The position numbers and the translations under genes are program-made. The notes beneath the pieces are model-generated. The model saw nothing but the letters and a program-made list of their open reading frames with translations. It did not search any database and was not told the origin of the DNA. DNA of 64,000 nucleotides from Octopus sinensis (Eukaryota), in assembly GCF_006345805.1 (NCBI RefSeq), contig NC_042998.1:95852001-95916000 (forward strand), written 5' to 3'. Positions within the stretch are counted from its first letter, which is position 1, and the number at the start of each line of letters is the position of its first letter. This document shows, piece after piece, positions 13,767 to 27,345 of the stretch.

Positions 13767-13927
13767 GGCGCAGGCGTGGCTGTGTAGTAAGAAGCTTGTT
13801 TCCTAAACACATGGTTCTGGGTTCAGTCCCACTTCATGGCACCTTGGGCAAGTGTTTTCTACTATAGTCTCGGACCGACCAAAGCCTCGTGAGTAGATTT
13901 GGCAGACGGAAGCTGAAAGAAGCTCGT

Positions 13928-13965
<38 letters not shown>

Positions 13966-14505
13966 CACATATTTGTGTATGTGTGTGTGTTTACTCCCCC
14001 CTCGCTTAACCACCGATGCTGGTGCGTTTATGTCCCCGTAACTTAGCGGTTCGGCAAAATAGACCGATAGAATAAGTACTAGGCTTACAAAGAATAAGTT
14101 CTGGGATCGATTTGTTCCACTAAAGACAGTGCCCCAGCATTTATTTATTTATTTATGCGCCCTTTTCAAGCCTAGCCAGGCTCATGGGCCCGGTTTCCCG
14201 GTTTCTGTGGCGTATGTGTTCCCCCCAGCTGGACGGGACGCCAGTCCATCGCAGCGTTACTCAAGAAACAGGAAGAGAAAGTGAGAGAAAGTTGGGGCGA
14301 AAGAGTACAACAGGGGTCCCCACCACCCCTGCCGGAGCCTCATGGAGCTTTAGGTGTTTTCGCTCAATAAACACACACAACACCCAGTCTGGGAATCGAA
14401 ACCGCGATTCTCCGACCTCGAGTCCGCTGCTCTAACCACTGGGCCATTGCACCTCCACAATAGTGCTCCAGAATGGCCGCAGTCAAATGACTGAAACAAG
14501 CAAGA
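13767..14505 (+). mobile_element. SINE family A interrupted by an antisense family-B SINE (14141-14458)
   Basis: Degenerate target duplication cagtgccccagcat / tagtgctccagaat flanks the nested copy. Confidence 0.8.
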
Positions 14506-15029
14506 GTCGATTACATCGATCCTTGTACTTGACTAGTACTCCATTTTATCGATCTCAAAGGGACGAAGGGCAAAGGTGACCTTGATGAAATTTGAACTCA
14601 GAAAGTAAAGTGTCGGAAGAAATTCCGCACAGCATTTTGTCCGAAGTGCTAATAATTCTGTCAACTCATAGTCTTAAAATCCCACACTGTCGTCTTGAAA
14701 ACGGAAGGACATATTGAAAGAAAGTCATAGTAAAACGATTTTGATCGTAAGTCTGGTTGATCAGGAAACTAAGCAATAACAACTCTTCGAAGACGATAAC
14801 CAAGAATGTAAAGGATAATCTCATGCATCGCACACTTGATATGTTTCCTCGTTCCCAAGTGCAGTCTGATTGTCTGCTGCTTTTAATTAATCGTAGATTT
14901 CCTCATTTATCAGAACATAAATGTCTCTGTCAGCAATTATTTTTCTTTCGTCATATAATATAGCCCCTATCCTAGTTTCATTTTCTCAAACATATTTGTC
15001 TCGTTACTACATAACACAGCTGTCAAGTA

Positions 15030-16860
15030 CAAAATTTTTTCAAGTTTTTAGGCTTTCTTTCACTAAGAACCATAGCTCGATCTGTGATTATATCTTTTAA
15101 TTCATTACTTTGAGCAATGGTTGGTAGATTTGCTTTGGCAATGTTGAAGATATTCTGGTGACATGGGCTGTATGTCACTAATAGGTATGACTTGTTCCTC
15201 TTCTCCTTTTCTTTGGGTTGTTCTCAGTTGTTGTATGGGTATTTTAAAGCCCGCTGTATGCCATTTTCTACAAGTAGAGACGAGTATTTTTGTTTGAGCA
15301 AAAATTCTTTTAGTTCTGTTAGGCGTTTTTTCCTGATATTTGCATTTTCTACAATGGTACAAATTCTTCTGACTAGGCAGTATGTGATGTTGAGTTTTGT
15401 ATATGGTGGGTGGCACGACTTAAAATTCAGGTTTTGATGTGTGTCCGTATGTTTGTAGTATATATCTGTGATAATGGTGGTGTCCTTTTTAATTACCATT
15501 ATATAAATTGGAGAGATGGGTGTAGGTTGTTCAGGAGGATTTTGAACTCTTTCAGAGTATTTAGAGATTCTGTCCAGATTATGAAACAATCGTCAAGGCA
15601 TCTCTTCCATGCCTTTTCGATATAATTTCTAAATCCAGTGCTATAGTTTTCCTCTACTTCTTGGTAGAGTTGTTGTTTTAGATATCCCATTACAGAGTTC
15701 GCGTAAACGGGAGCAAACCTCGTTCCCATCGCCATGTCTTTACCTTGGATGTAATTATTTCCATTGAAGAAGATTGTGTAGTTTTCCAGAATAAGTCTGA
15801 CTGTGTCTAATATAAATAGCACTGTGAATCTGTTGGGGATCACTTCTCTGTGTTTTTCTACCTAGTATCTAATCGCCTTTATTCCTAAAGCATGTGGAAT
15901 ATTGGTGTTGAGGCTTACCACATCAAAACTAAGTAGAAGTGAATTTGTTTCAGTTGTTTTGGGAAGATGGGATTGGAAGTCGATGTCATCCCGGATGAAA
16001 CTGGGTATGTAGGTACATAGTGGTTTCATAACAATGTTAATAAAATTGCTTAGACGGTGGATAGGGCATGCTGGAGCAACTATAATAGGACCTAAGTTTT
16101 AAGTCTTTTGGATGCAATAATTTTATGTACTCACTTTTTTGTTTTTAATGCATGCCGAATATCTTTTTATTTATGTATTTTCGCTAAGCTGTAGAAGTTG
16201 CTGGGTTTTGGTTCGAAATCAGTGATGTAGTCTCTTTCATTATCGGTGAGTTGTGGTGTTTTGAAACAAGGTTTTTGATCTTCTTCATGGTGTGGTGGTC
16301 TATATTTGTAGGAATTTCACAATAGAAGGTTGTGTCCTTTAGTTCGTCCTCAACCAAATCCTTATAGCATTCTGCATCCAGAATAACAATTGCACCCCCT
16401 TTATAGCTTGTTTAATTATTATTGTTTGATCGTTTTGTATACGTTTAAATACAGACATTTCAGATTTGTTGAGGTTTGGCCTAATATTAGTATTGCGTTT
16501 AAGGGAAAATTTTAACAGGGTATCAATGTATTGCTCAAGATAGTGATTTCTTCCTTTTGGTGGGGTGAAGTTTGATTTATTCTTTACTAGGGATTCATCA
16601 ATCTCATTACTATTATTAGTGAAGAATTCTACAATTCGTAACTTACGACAGAATTTTTGGATATCTTCTTTTAGTTCATGGTGGTTGACAGTTGGTGTAA
16701 GTGTAAGTTTCAGTCCTTTTGAAAGAAGTTGGATTTCATCATTGTCAAGATCCCTTTTGGATAAGTTAATTATTTTAGGATTTATATGTTCAGTTGTTTT
16801 GGGTATGTTTCCTCTTGGATTTATTTTTATTTCTCCGGTGTTTGTTGTCCAATCATACAC
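15030..16860 (-). pseudogene. Penelope-like element reverse transcriptase pseudogene (GIY-YIG domain not seen)
   Basis: IINLSKRDL..LLSKGLK, NLNKSE...IIIKQA (DKG-motif region), FDVVSLNTNIP, MAMGTRFAPVYAN, WKRCLDDCFIIW and YYKHTDTHQNLNFKSCHP, with many frameshifts. The 5' end abuts a (TA)/(TG) microsatellite. Confidence 0.85.
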
Positions 16861-16890
16861 ACCATGTATATGTATGTATATGTATGTATG

Positions 16891-16949
<59 letters not shown>

Positions 16950-17054
16950 TTACACATATATATATACATACATAAATAATACATATATACATACAATATA
17001 TATACAAACACACACACACACACACACACGATGAAACGAGCACGTTTACGCATC

Positions 17055-18320
17055 AAAGTTAAACCAATATAATACCTGATTTCTTCATAAATTCTAACAC
17101 TGTCTTTGAATGCTTGCTATTCCCATCGCTGAGTGACAACACTCTCTCCTCTATGTCGACGTAACCTTTTTCACCGAGGGAGGGGTTTTGTAAATTTTGT
17201 GGTGTCTGTTCTTCTTTTTTTTTCCTGTAGGAAAAGGGGGTAGGTGGGTTTGGTGTCTGTATGGGAAGGGTGGGTCTGAGTGGTCTTGGGTGGGATGGAG
17301 TTAGTCTGGGGTACCACATCAAACTCACTGTTATTCCTGTTCTTCCTCTTTTTCCTTTTACTCTCTGTCACTATCCACTCTTCCTGCTTGTTCCTTCTGT
17401 CTCTCTGTTCTTCCCTTTTCTCCTCCGTCTCCACAACCGCTTCTGTTATTTTCTTCTGCAGAAGGCAGTGCGCTCCAATGTGGCCCTTTTGGCCACATTT
17501 AAAACAGCCCTCCACCCACACTCTTAACACAATCTCTCCCAACGTCACTATCTCCGCCAAACTCTCCAATTGCCTCTCCTCTGCCTGTTTTTCCTCTCCA
17601 TTCTCCTTCCTCCGTTTCCGTGGCTTGGAGGACAGCCACCTCCTCCTCACTTCCAACGAGGTCGGCTGCCGCAACCCAAGCCATTTCTATATCGGGTGGG
17701 ATTCCTTCCACCCTCACCTTGGAAGTCTTTCTTCCAAGATACGTGGGCAGAAGCACCACTTCCCCCGTCCTCGCCGCTACACTCGCCAGCCTCCCCACCT
17801 CTTCCACTGTCCTAAACTGGACAACCATTTGCTTCCTCTTGTTATATAATATAATATAATACTTTGGTTCGATTGTTCCCTCAGTGCCTTTTCTGTTTTT
17901 GTCGCTTCCACCTGTTCAACCTTCTTGTTCTCTAAAGAGTGCACCTTGTAGGTGATGGTTTTTTCTCCATGTCTCCATGATTCTTTTAGGGGGCGACAAC
18001 TTCACGTCGCCGCCAACCTTCTGTGTCATCTTGCCATACTCCTTCATCTAGCCAGGTCCACTTCCCTTCCTTTCCAATATTTTATCCATTTTTTCCACCG
18101 CCTTCACGAGCTCCTCTTCCGCTGAAGACAACTCAGGCCCGCTAAGGTCTAAATACATTGTCATTACCGGTATAGCACCCACTGACAAGCAGCACAAAAA
18201 ATTCCGTCCGACTCGTCAAAAATCAACACAGCGAATAGACCGACGCATGCGCAGTAAGCATGCTACTTCCCACACAGCTACTCCTGCGTATCTTCCGTTG
18301 TCCCTCAACAACAGATCTCT
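17055..18320 (-). mobile_element. LINE deletion derivative carrying a gag-like ORF1 with a CCHC zinc knuckle
   Basis: CFKCGQKGHIGAHC and PTYLGRKTSKVRVEGIPP in frameshifted pieces. No endonuclease or RT is present. It ends with an ORF2-tip-like VLEFMKKSGII. Confidence 0.6.
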
Positions 18321-19229
18321 TCAAATAGACTTAATAGTTCATGCCACAGAACACTAGATACACTAATACAGCCCAATAAAAACATCCAGTACGACATTTG
18401 TTAATCATGTACAAACCACGAAGTCACAAATCAACGAAGTGTTTTCATGGTCGCTCATTCTGCTAAAAATACCAGCAAAACATCTCTAACAATACTCTAC
18501 CGTCTAAAATAAAGGAATACACTGTATAATATAGTACGGGTTACACAATTCCTGAAAAAAAGATGAGATGGTCACGGCTTGGTTGCTTTTTGATCATAGT
18601 TGCATGACTCAAATCTATAGCAACTGTGGAACAGATGAATACATCTAAAAATCTTGAAAAATATAAAATAAAATGCATATCAAGTATAAATTATCGCTCC
18701 ACACACTCCTTAATCATGAGTAGCACTCAATTAGAAATTTTAGAACCAATCCAAATGTACGGCTTCACTATCAGCGAAGATCTCTTCCGGTGAAATCAAA
18801 TCCTTAACACAGTTATGACAGCATCTGTACAATTGACTTCTTCTCTCGAGAGTCAGAAGATATGCCAGCCCTCAACAGTTATTTATATTCTACAAGTATT
18901 GAGTTAGGCCCTCAATAAAGCATTCCTCTTGCATTTCTGATAGTGGTGGTGGTGATGGTGGTGGTGATGGTGGTGGTGGTGTGGTGGTGGTGGTGGTGGC
19001 GGTGATGGTTGTGGTGGTGGTGGTGCTGCTGCTACTGCTGCTGCTACTGCTGCTGCTGCTGCTGCTGCTGATGCTGATACGCATGCGAACATCCTAGACA
19101 GTACCTAGAAAAGAACCACTCAACTGATTTCCATAAAGTCACAGATATGCTCTAGCCTCTGGCCCGCAAGCACTCCCCCTCTCTCTCTCTCTCTTACGCA
19201 CACACACACGCACATAGTGTTTTTTCTAC

Positions 19230-19490
19230 CACTACTGTAATGGTCTCCGCTTTCCGAAGCCGGCTGGGCTCACGCCGCCTCCACTCAGGGATACCTGAAC
19301 CCATTCGCCTTTTCTCCTCTCATTATCCGTAATATATATCTAATCCCGAGGCCCTGCACTAATCACTATACCCAGTCCTTCTTTCCCAAAACATAGGCTC
19401 TCCGGAATTCTCTCTCCCTACTTTTATCTTTCCCGCAAATGCTGATTTACAAAGGTTCAAGAGAAACACTAGTGGCATCACTCTCACTAG
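19230..19490 (+). mobile_element. CR1/Jockey-type LINE 3' fragment
   Basis: HYTQSFFPKT*ALRNSL...FP...LQRFK resembles the SFFPRT..LWNSLP end motif. Confidence 0.55.
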
Positions 19491-19902
19491 TCTTCGAGAG
19501 CTTGCAAAGGATATGGGCATTATAACCCCTTCTTCCAGATCCAGCAAATGAAAAAAGTACATTAAAGCATAAACACTAAAAATGCACCACAAATATAGGC
19601 TCGTGAACAGCAGGTGCAATCCTTTTTGTGGGACAATGGAAACGCTTAAAACATCCTCCTGAAAAACTTCATCGCCAAAACGAACGAGTGTAAAAACATT
19701 TTTCGACTGATTTGAAACATTATTTTACCATTATTGGATCTATCTGATTTGATTCATGTACATATATAAATTGGAGCTGGGATTGCACCCACTAAGCAGA
19801 TTCCGTTCCCGCACTTACGACCACAAAACCTTAAATAAATAAACTTCTTATCAATAACAAACCAGAGAACTATAAAGCCACTTACAAGCTACTTATAAAT
19901 GA

Positions 19903-21115
19903 TGTGGACAGATTTAATTGTTGTTTGTTTGTTCATTCTCGAACCATGCCTGGCTCATAAGGGCCGGTTTCCCGGTTTCTTTGGCGTATAGGTTCCCCAT
20001 CTGGACGGGACGCCGGTCCGTCGCAGGTGAGCTGCAAGATGCAGAGGAAAGAGTGAGAGAAAGTTGTGGCGAAAGAGTCAGCAGAAGTTCTCCATTACCT
20101 TCTGCCGGAGCCGCGTGGAGCTTCGGTGTTTCGCTCATAAACACACGCATCGCCCGGTCTGAGATTCGAACCCGCGATCCCTCGACCGCGAGTCCTCTGC
20201 TCTAACCACTAGGCAATGTGCCTCCATACAAATTTAATTACAGACGTCAAAGTTGTAAACTGTTGAATACTAATAGTGATATAGATCATATAAGTACAAC
20301 GCTCACTCGTACTAACAGCAAAGAGCGATTGCAATGTGATACATAAAACCAAACTAGAAAGGAAAACATTAATAAACAATACAAAATTCTTCAAAAATAA
20401 ATAAATGAGCTGATTAATGACATATATAGTCATAATACAGTACAAGGCTAAACGAACTCACACTCGCTCACACCGATAACATACACTAGTCACAAATAAA
20501 AATAAACATCGACATATAAATCGAGCGACAACAAAATTCTAAATCCGGCAATAGTATCAGCATTAATCACAATAGCCCGGTACTTTAAATGTTAATTTTA
20601 TTTACGTAAATACTGAATCATAATTCGGTTACAAGGAAACAAAGAAAAAGAAAAAAATAAGGGGAAATTAAACAACAGAAAATGGGCAGGGAGTACCGTG
20701 TAGAATAGCACCCTGCAAACATTACCACGATGGCGTTACCACGGAGAATCGCTAGCTTCACTCGTTGCTGCTGTCACTCCATTTTGCGGGCCTTATTTCT
20801 CAAACGGGCGGCAGTTATCCTGATTTTACAGAGGAAATTGGCAGTGTGGGAACACTGTTATCCTGATTTTACAGAGGAAATTAGCAGTGTGGGAACACAT
20901 GAGGTTCCGACGGCGGCCGGCACAAACTGAGGGCAGCCAATTAGGCTCCTATATATATATTTACTTTTTTCTCGCCTGCGTTACAGCCGGCAATACTCGG
21001 GTTTGCGGCCAATAATAGAGCGGCAACATATTCGAAGATTATCCAGAATATGTGACCGTGAAAATCTAGAAACGCTGATGGTGAATTTTGGAAATTTACT
21101 GCCCCCCACTCAACA
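19903..21115 (-). mobile_element. Possible solo LTR (interrupted by the SINE)
   Basis: TGTGGA...TCAACA termini, a TATA-like tract near 20950, a CpG-richer interior and a 43-bp tandem duplication at 20814-20898. No TSD found. Confidence 0.35.
19920..20227 (-). mobile_element. SINE family B, full length with TSD
   Basis: 12-bp TSD acagatttaatt (19908-19919) / acaaatttaatt (20228-20239). Confidence 0.9.
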
Positions 21116-22188
21116 CACACACACACACACACACACACAAAGCCTCTCTTGACCAGAAATGGCGTGAACTCTTTGCATGAACACCCCTGTACATAACTCC
21201 ATGTCCCCCTACATGGCCTTGCTTTTTGCTTTTTAAACCAAAAAATTAACTTGACTTAACAAATGGTTGGAGCTCAAACAAAAATATGGAGTATAACCTT
21301 TGGTAAAATATATTCTTTCTACTATAGGGATAAGGCTTGGAATTTTGTGGGAGGTGACTGCTCGATTACATGGAGACTAGTACTCAACTGGTACTTATCT
21401 CATCGAATCCCGAAAGGGATGAAAGATACAGTCGTCCTCTGCGCAATATGAACTCAGAACGTAAAGACGAGAAAAATGCTACAAACATTTTGTCCGGTGC
21501 GCTAACGATTCTGTCAGCTCGCCATCTTAAACCGTGATGAAATATATAAAAGTAAAACACATTTGTATTTTCAGTACAATCGTAGCACTCTATCTCTCTT
21601 TCTCTCCCCCTATTTCTCTCTCTCCTCGTATACATATACATGCATACGTATATTCATACATAACTCGCATACATATACACATGCACACAAACATATACAT
21701 ATAAATTTGTATATATACATGCATACATATACATACATAATAGATGCATAAACACACAAACACATTCATACGTAGATAGCTAGCTAGCTTGCTAGCTAGA
21801 TAGATAGATCCATGGATTGAGGTATAGGAAGAAGGTGTGCTTCAATAGAGGTGTTTCGTCTGCCGTTACGTTCTGAGTTCAAATTCCGCCGAGGTCGACT
21901 TTGCCTTTCATCCTTTCGGGGTCGATAAATTTTAAGTACCAGTTACGCACTGGGGTCGATGTAATCGACTTAATCCCTTTGTCTGTCCTTGTTTGTCCCC
22001 TCTGTGTTTAGCCCTTTGTGGGCAATAAAGAAATAAGAAAATATAAAAAGCAACTTTCAGGAACAATAGCGATTTATTGGGGTGGAATGTTGTGGATTTT
22101 TTCCTTATCGAAGTACGATAAGCCGAAAAAAAGTTATTCCATATTTCACGGTAGGCAATCAGGGTTTCCAGGTATACCAATAAAAATC

Positions 22189-22505
22189 TATGAGTTAAGG
22201 AATGGAGTAGGGAAAATCCGGGCTACATATGTTTCATAAAAAGCGGAACCTTAGAAGTAGTAAACATCCAAGCGAGGTGTAAGGGTACCATGATTAAATG
22301 AAGTTTATATCTACATGTTAACACACAGAAAATTCGATCGAATGCCTCCTAACGACAATATAAGCTTCATTTAATCAAGAGATACTCTTGGTCTGAAGAG
22401 AAGCCAGTGGTATACACCTCGCTTGTATATTTACCACTTCTGTGGTTCCGCTTGCTATGAAACATATGTAGCCCGGATTTCATCTACTCCACTCCTTAAA
22501 TCTTA
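22189..22505. mobile_element. Foldback MITE-like element
   Basis: About 90-bp terminal arms (aaatccgggctacatatgtttcata / tatgaaacatatgtagcccggattt), an inner 20-bp arm pair, and TA at both ends. Confidence 0.75.
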
Positions 22506-22529
22506 CACACACACGCGCGCGCGCACACA

Positions 22530-22738
22530 CGAGGGGTGCTGAAAAGTTCCTGGCTTTAAGTTTATCATGAAAAACCTGTTTGGAGGCCTAACCTTCCGAA
22601 TTTTTTTACAGGGCTTAGAAAAATTGCAGGACACCTGTAATAAGTGTGTGAATCTGGGAAGAGAATATGTTAAATAAAATCATAATTAACTGATTCTCCT
22701 GTATTTTCTTTTATCCAAAGCCAGGGACTTTTTAAACA
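22530..22738 (+). mobile_element. Mariner-derived MITE
   Basis: TIRs gaggggtgctgaaaagttcctggcttt / aaagccagggactttt, with an internal transposase tip NKCVNLGREYVK. Confidence 0.7.
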
Positions 22739-23090
22739 AAAATGCGCTTCAGCGCATTGGAAATGACTCCAAGTGATTGGTGGCATTCATTTGAGTAACA
22801 TAGACAAATTCAAACATGTCAATCTATGCATGTACTTATATGATATTTACCATAAAGAAACAAGTAAAAAGCGATTGTTTACAAAGCGACGCCGATTCGA
22901 CCTTTTCAAAACATTTTTCTCAGAAACCAGTATCGGCGAAACGTCAGAGTAAATAGTTGCTGTTATTAACAATATGCATTATGTGGATTCTATTAATCAC
23001 TGCTGAGTCATATATTTGATGCACGTTTAAACTGAACATTTGTACACAAGCCTTTAAGATAAGCAATTATGTAAGCGTGTAGTGTGTGTG

Positions 23091-23154
<64 letters not shown>

Positions 23155-23994
23155 TGTGTAATTGTGTGTATGTGTGTGTTAGGGTTTCTCATTGGTGGTA
23201 GGACTGTGTAGATTGAAAAGGGACAGACAAATTTTCATTCTGGCGTAGCTAGTGTGTGTGAGTGTGTCAATCAGGGCAAACTTTGAGTTTCCCGCTCTCC
23301 AGACCACCACTGGATTCCTCCTCAGCCCATATAGGCTTATACAGCAGATCTTTAGTAGTTAAAATATGACACAAACGCATCTGAAGAAATCTAAAGTTTG
23401 TTCATTTCTTATTTCTGCTGTACACTTATGCATATGTATTCATCTTGGCCGGTCGGTCTGCGAGCGCAAATTGTATTGACTGACTTATTAAGCTATGGCT
23501 TTCTAATCAACTCAGGGTTGTCTCTCTTTGGTATTCCCTGCTAAAAAAAAAGCAGAACGAGCAAGAAATGCACCTAGGGACTCGATAGAGGGTGCCACTA
23601 AGCTGGCAATGTTCTGTTCACACACTTGCCGTATGTGAGACATTTTTTTCTTTATGGTAAACTGCAGTGAAGTTGCCTTTAGAAGTTAAAATATGTCATA
23701 CAAAGAAAAAAAAATGACCCGTGACGTCAACACACATAAACACATATAATGAATGTCATGGAATCAACGCAAAGACAAGTCCGCTATCTGCGTCAAGAAA
23801 TAACTAACAAAAATTGTTTTAATCCTTTCCAATAAATAGAGGACCAGATATCACAAAAATCTATACTGCACTGCCGAAGTTAAGTATGAAAATAAATATG
23901 CAAAAAAAAAAAAAGAATTAAGATAAAAAATACTATTTCTGAGATATTTCGGGTACACACAAACATCTCTAGAGTTTTAGTATTATTAAGATCC

Positions 23995-24390
23995 CTATAG
24001 TTTTGCAGAAGAGTCTTACACTTTGTATTAAGGAATCTATCTCTTTTTCATTCTTACTAAAATGCTTCAGATCATCCATTTAAAGCAAATGGTTAATTTT
24101 CCCCTTATTGTCTCTGAACAGATACTCTACTTTTGCCTTTCTTAAAACTAAACTGAGGAGGATTAAGCAAAACACAAATATCAAAGGGGATAACGAATAT
24201 CCTTGGAAATTTTGTTTCTTGATATTATCTTTCCCTAAGGCTGCGTAACCTGAATAGAGATCTAATTTCCATTTCCTCATGCTACAGCTAATTAAATATC
24301 TTACGTTGTCTGCAATACTGAATATACACAAGCATACACATATGCATGAGTGTGGAATCATGCCATAGGCTTTCTTATAATCTATCGTTC
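23995..24390 (-). pseudogene. R4/NeSL-type non-LTR RT fragment
   Basis: IDYKKAYGMIPHS, FQGYSLSPLIF and INHLL*MDDLK. Confidence 0.8.
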
Positions 24391-24704
24391 ATAGGCGTCC
24401 ATTTCACCTCTCAGAGCCCTCGACTTCACTAGCTCCGGTTAATTCTGCAAGAGCAGACAACAACCTGTTGTCAAAGATCTCGCAGGGTCTCTTTCCGCGA
24501 TATTTAACACCAACATGCCAATCTCAAAATCCTTGCTGTCTCAAATAAAGCAGGTTTTTTTTTTTGAGCATGTTCTACCCTCATGTCAATCCCAATTTCT
24601 CAAATTTGGTTGTTAATGCTCCCGGTGCACCAACTATTCAGATGTCAGTTACATTCTTCTTCTTCTTCTTCTTTCTTCTTCTTCTTCTTCTTCTTCTTCT
24701 TCTT

Positions 24705-24783
<79 letters not shown>

Positions 24784-24939
24784 CACTACTACTACTAACG
24801 TTGCTGCTTGACCTCTGATTCGCTTCTTTTATCTTCAATTCGTTGTTCTCTTTCTATGTTTACCTTTCACCCTTTTATTATTATTATTGATTTACTACTT
24901 TACATTCTGTCCCACTCTATTTTCGCTTTCTTTTTCTCT

Positions 24940-25480
24940 CTCACACACACATACACACCCGTACGCGCGCACACACATACACACACATGCACACACATAC
25001 ACATGCACTCACAGGCATATACACACATGCACATATACAAGCACAGATGCATGCACACACACACACACACATACGCACACATATTCAACACATGCACAAA
25101 CATGCACGCACACATATATACACACACGCACACACACTCACAGATATACACCATATGCCCATATAAAACACAAAATGCACACACACACACACTCACACGC
25201 ACACTCACAAATTTACACACATGCATATATAAAATACATACATGCACACACACAGCCACAGATACAAACACATATGCATGAATAAAATACATACACTCGC
25301 ACACAGACACACATACACTCACAGATATATACACACATGCACATATAAAATACATACGCGCATACACACTCACACACACCCACATGCACATACACACACA
25401 CGCACACACTCACAGATAAACACACACATGCACATATAAAACACACACACAAACACACAGATACACACACACTCACATGC
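24940..25480. repeat. Degenerate (CA)/(CATA)-rich low-complexity tract
   Basis: Visible directly in the sequence; it explains the overlapping H/T/Y and C/V ORFs. Confidence 0.9.
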
Positions 25481-26018
25481 GCAGTGTCATTTCCACAACT
25501 GTCCCACCCCAAATAGCAAATAACTATGCTGTAAAATAACAATGCTTTTTGGTTCTGTTCTCAAGGTATTTAATCTTCTAAAGCTGCATTTTATACATCT
25601 CAGGTTTGTTAACGTGACATTTGCGATTTTATGGTATCTTATTGTACATCTTTTAACCTTTTTCTAAGAGTTTTCCATAAACCACAATCAACACAACCTC
25701 ATACCGATCCAGTATAACCACAACTACCCGAGTCTGTTTATTTACAGCTTATATTCATTCAATAATATATTTATGTTGCGTTCAGTTACCCACAACTTCT
25801 TTCGACAACTCATTGTATTTATTTATCTTTTTTTTTCTGTATACTTCCTCCAGTCATTGGGCTTAGTCGAATAAATCGACCCCATTACTTGTGTATTTTC
25901 TAAAGTTCGGTATTTAGTCTATTAGTTAACTTGTGTCGAACGACTAAGTTATGAGGACGTAAACAACCAAACACCTGTTGTAAAGTAGTGGTGGAAGACA
26001 AATACACGCGCACACACG

Positions 26019-26054
<36 letters not shown>

Positions 26055-26080
26055 ACACACACACACACACACACTCACTC

Positions 26081-26112
<32 letters not shown>

Positions 26113-26548
26113 GTACTCATTTATAAAGTCTGCTACTTATTCTATTGGTCATTTGTGCCGAACCATTAAGTTTTGGGGACATAAGCCAAGTGTTTTTATT
26201 GTATTGCAATTACATTACCTAGTATACTAAATGGGTGAAGGTACAGAGATATTTTACCATTAATTTATATAGCAATAAGAAAATGGAGGGGATCAGTAGG
26301 CGGTTCAACTTTTAGACATTATATTATGTTAACTTATTTATTTATTTACTAAACTGATAATTACAATAATATACATATATACATGTATAACATATTACGC
26401 TTTACATATAAGATATAAAATATATTAATATATAAGGATAGTTGATCCTCTCCATTTTCTCATTGCTCTCTCTCTATATATATATGCAACTTACATGGAA
26501 ATGGATGCGTGGCGTTCGATCATATGATAATAATATAAATAATATATA

Positions 26549-27345
26549 TGTAGTGGATCTTGCATTTATTAAGAGGATTCGATCCACCACAGCCAAATTT
26601 AAATTAACACTGCAACAGAACTTTTCCCACGATGGAACAATGGTTTTTCTCTGACACCAGTTTTACATCTTCCAGATGCCTTTAGCTAGGCCGAAATAAT
26701 GTCTTCACCACTTGACCCTCTCTAACCTCTTCTACTCCACCAAAAGCTAGAATAGAGGTAACAAGACTACCATCTAAATCTATTGTTCTCAATTATATGT
26801 CCATCCTTCTGGATAGTTATATAAACAAAGAACCACCAAGCAAAAATCAGTTCGTCACAGTTGTAACGACTCAACAGAGTTAGTCACAGTCGATGACGAC
26901 TCAACGAAGTCTGGCTGACTAGCTAGAACCTTGGTCAGAGAGAGAAAGCAACTGTGAGACAACACCCTACAATTCTCTCTAGCTCTAATTCTGTTCTCTT
27001 AAAACATCATTCTATCTCTCTCTGTATTTACTACTAAACAATGAAGAGGACACAAACACAAACTTTACTTCGCATGCTTTTGGATTTATCATAACCTACC
27101 CGTCGAGGCAAGGTAATTGTAACGTAACGGTAAATAAATACTTTTTTAAAACTTCATGCATTGTCTATCTTTCACATCCTACAGTAAGCAATTATAATAA
27201 CAAATTTTTATCGCTACAACAGCTGACATCAGCATCATCATATGATTGTTTACTAATCAATTTCTACCGTTACAATTGGTGACCCACGGCTTCAACTAAA
27301 AACTTTATCATTAGAAATACATCATCCGAAAACTTTGCCGTTACA
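26549..27345 (+). mobile_element. Solo LTR (Gypsy-like)
   Basis: TGTAGTGG...CCGTTACA imperfect inverted termini, TATA flanks on both sides, TATATAAA near 26818, AATAAA near 27133, and an internal CCGTTACA followed by TGGTGACCC. Confidence 0.65.

Noticed and set aside
23580-23600. CTCF-like motif (tagagggtgcc)
   Set aside because: Only a partial match, expected by chance in 64 kb.
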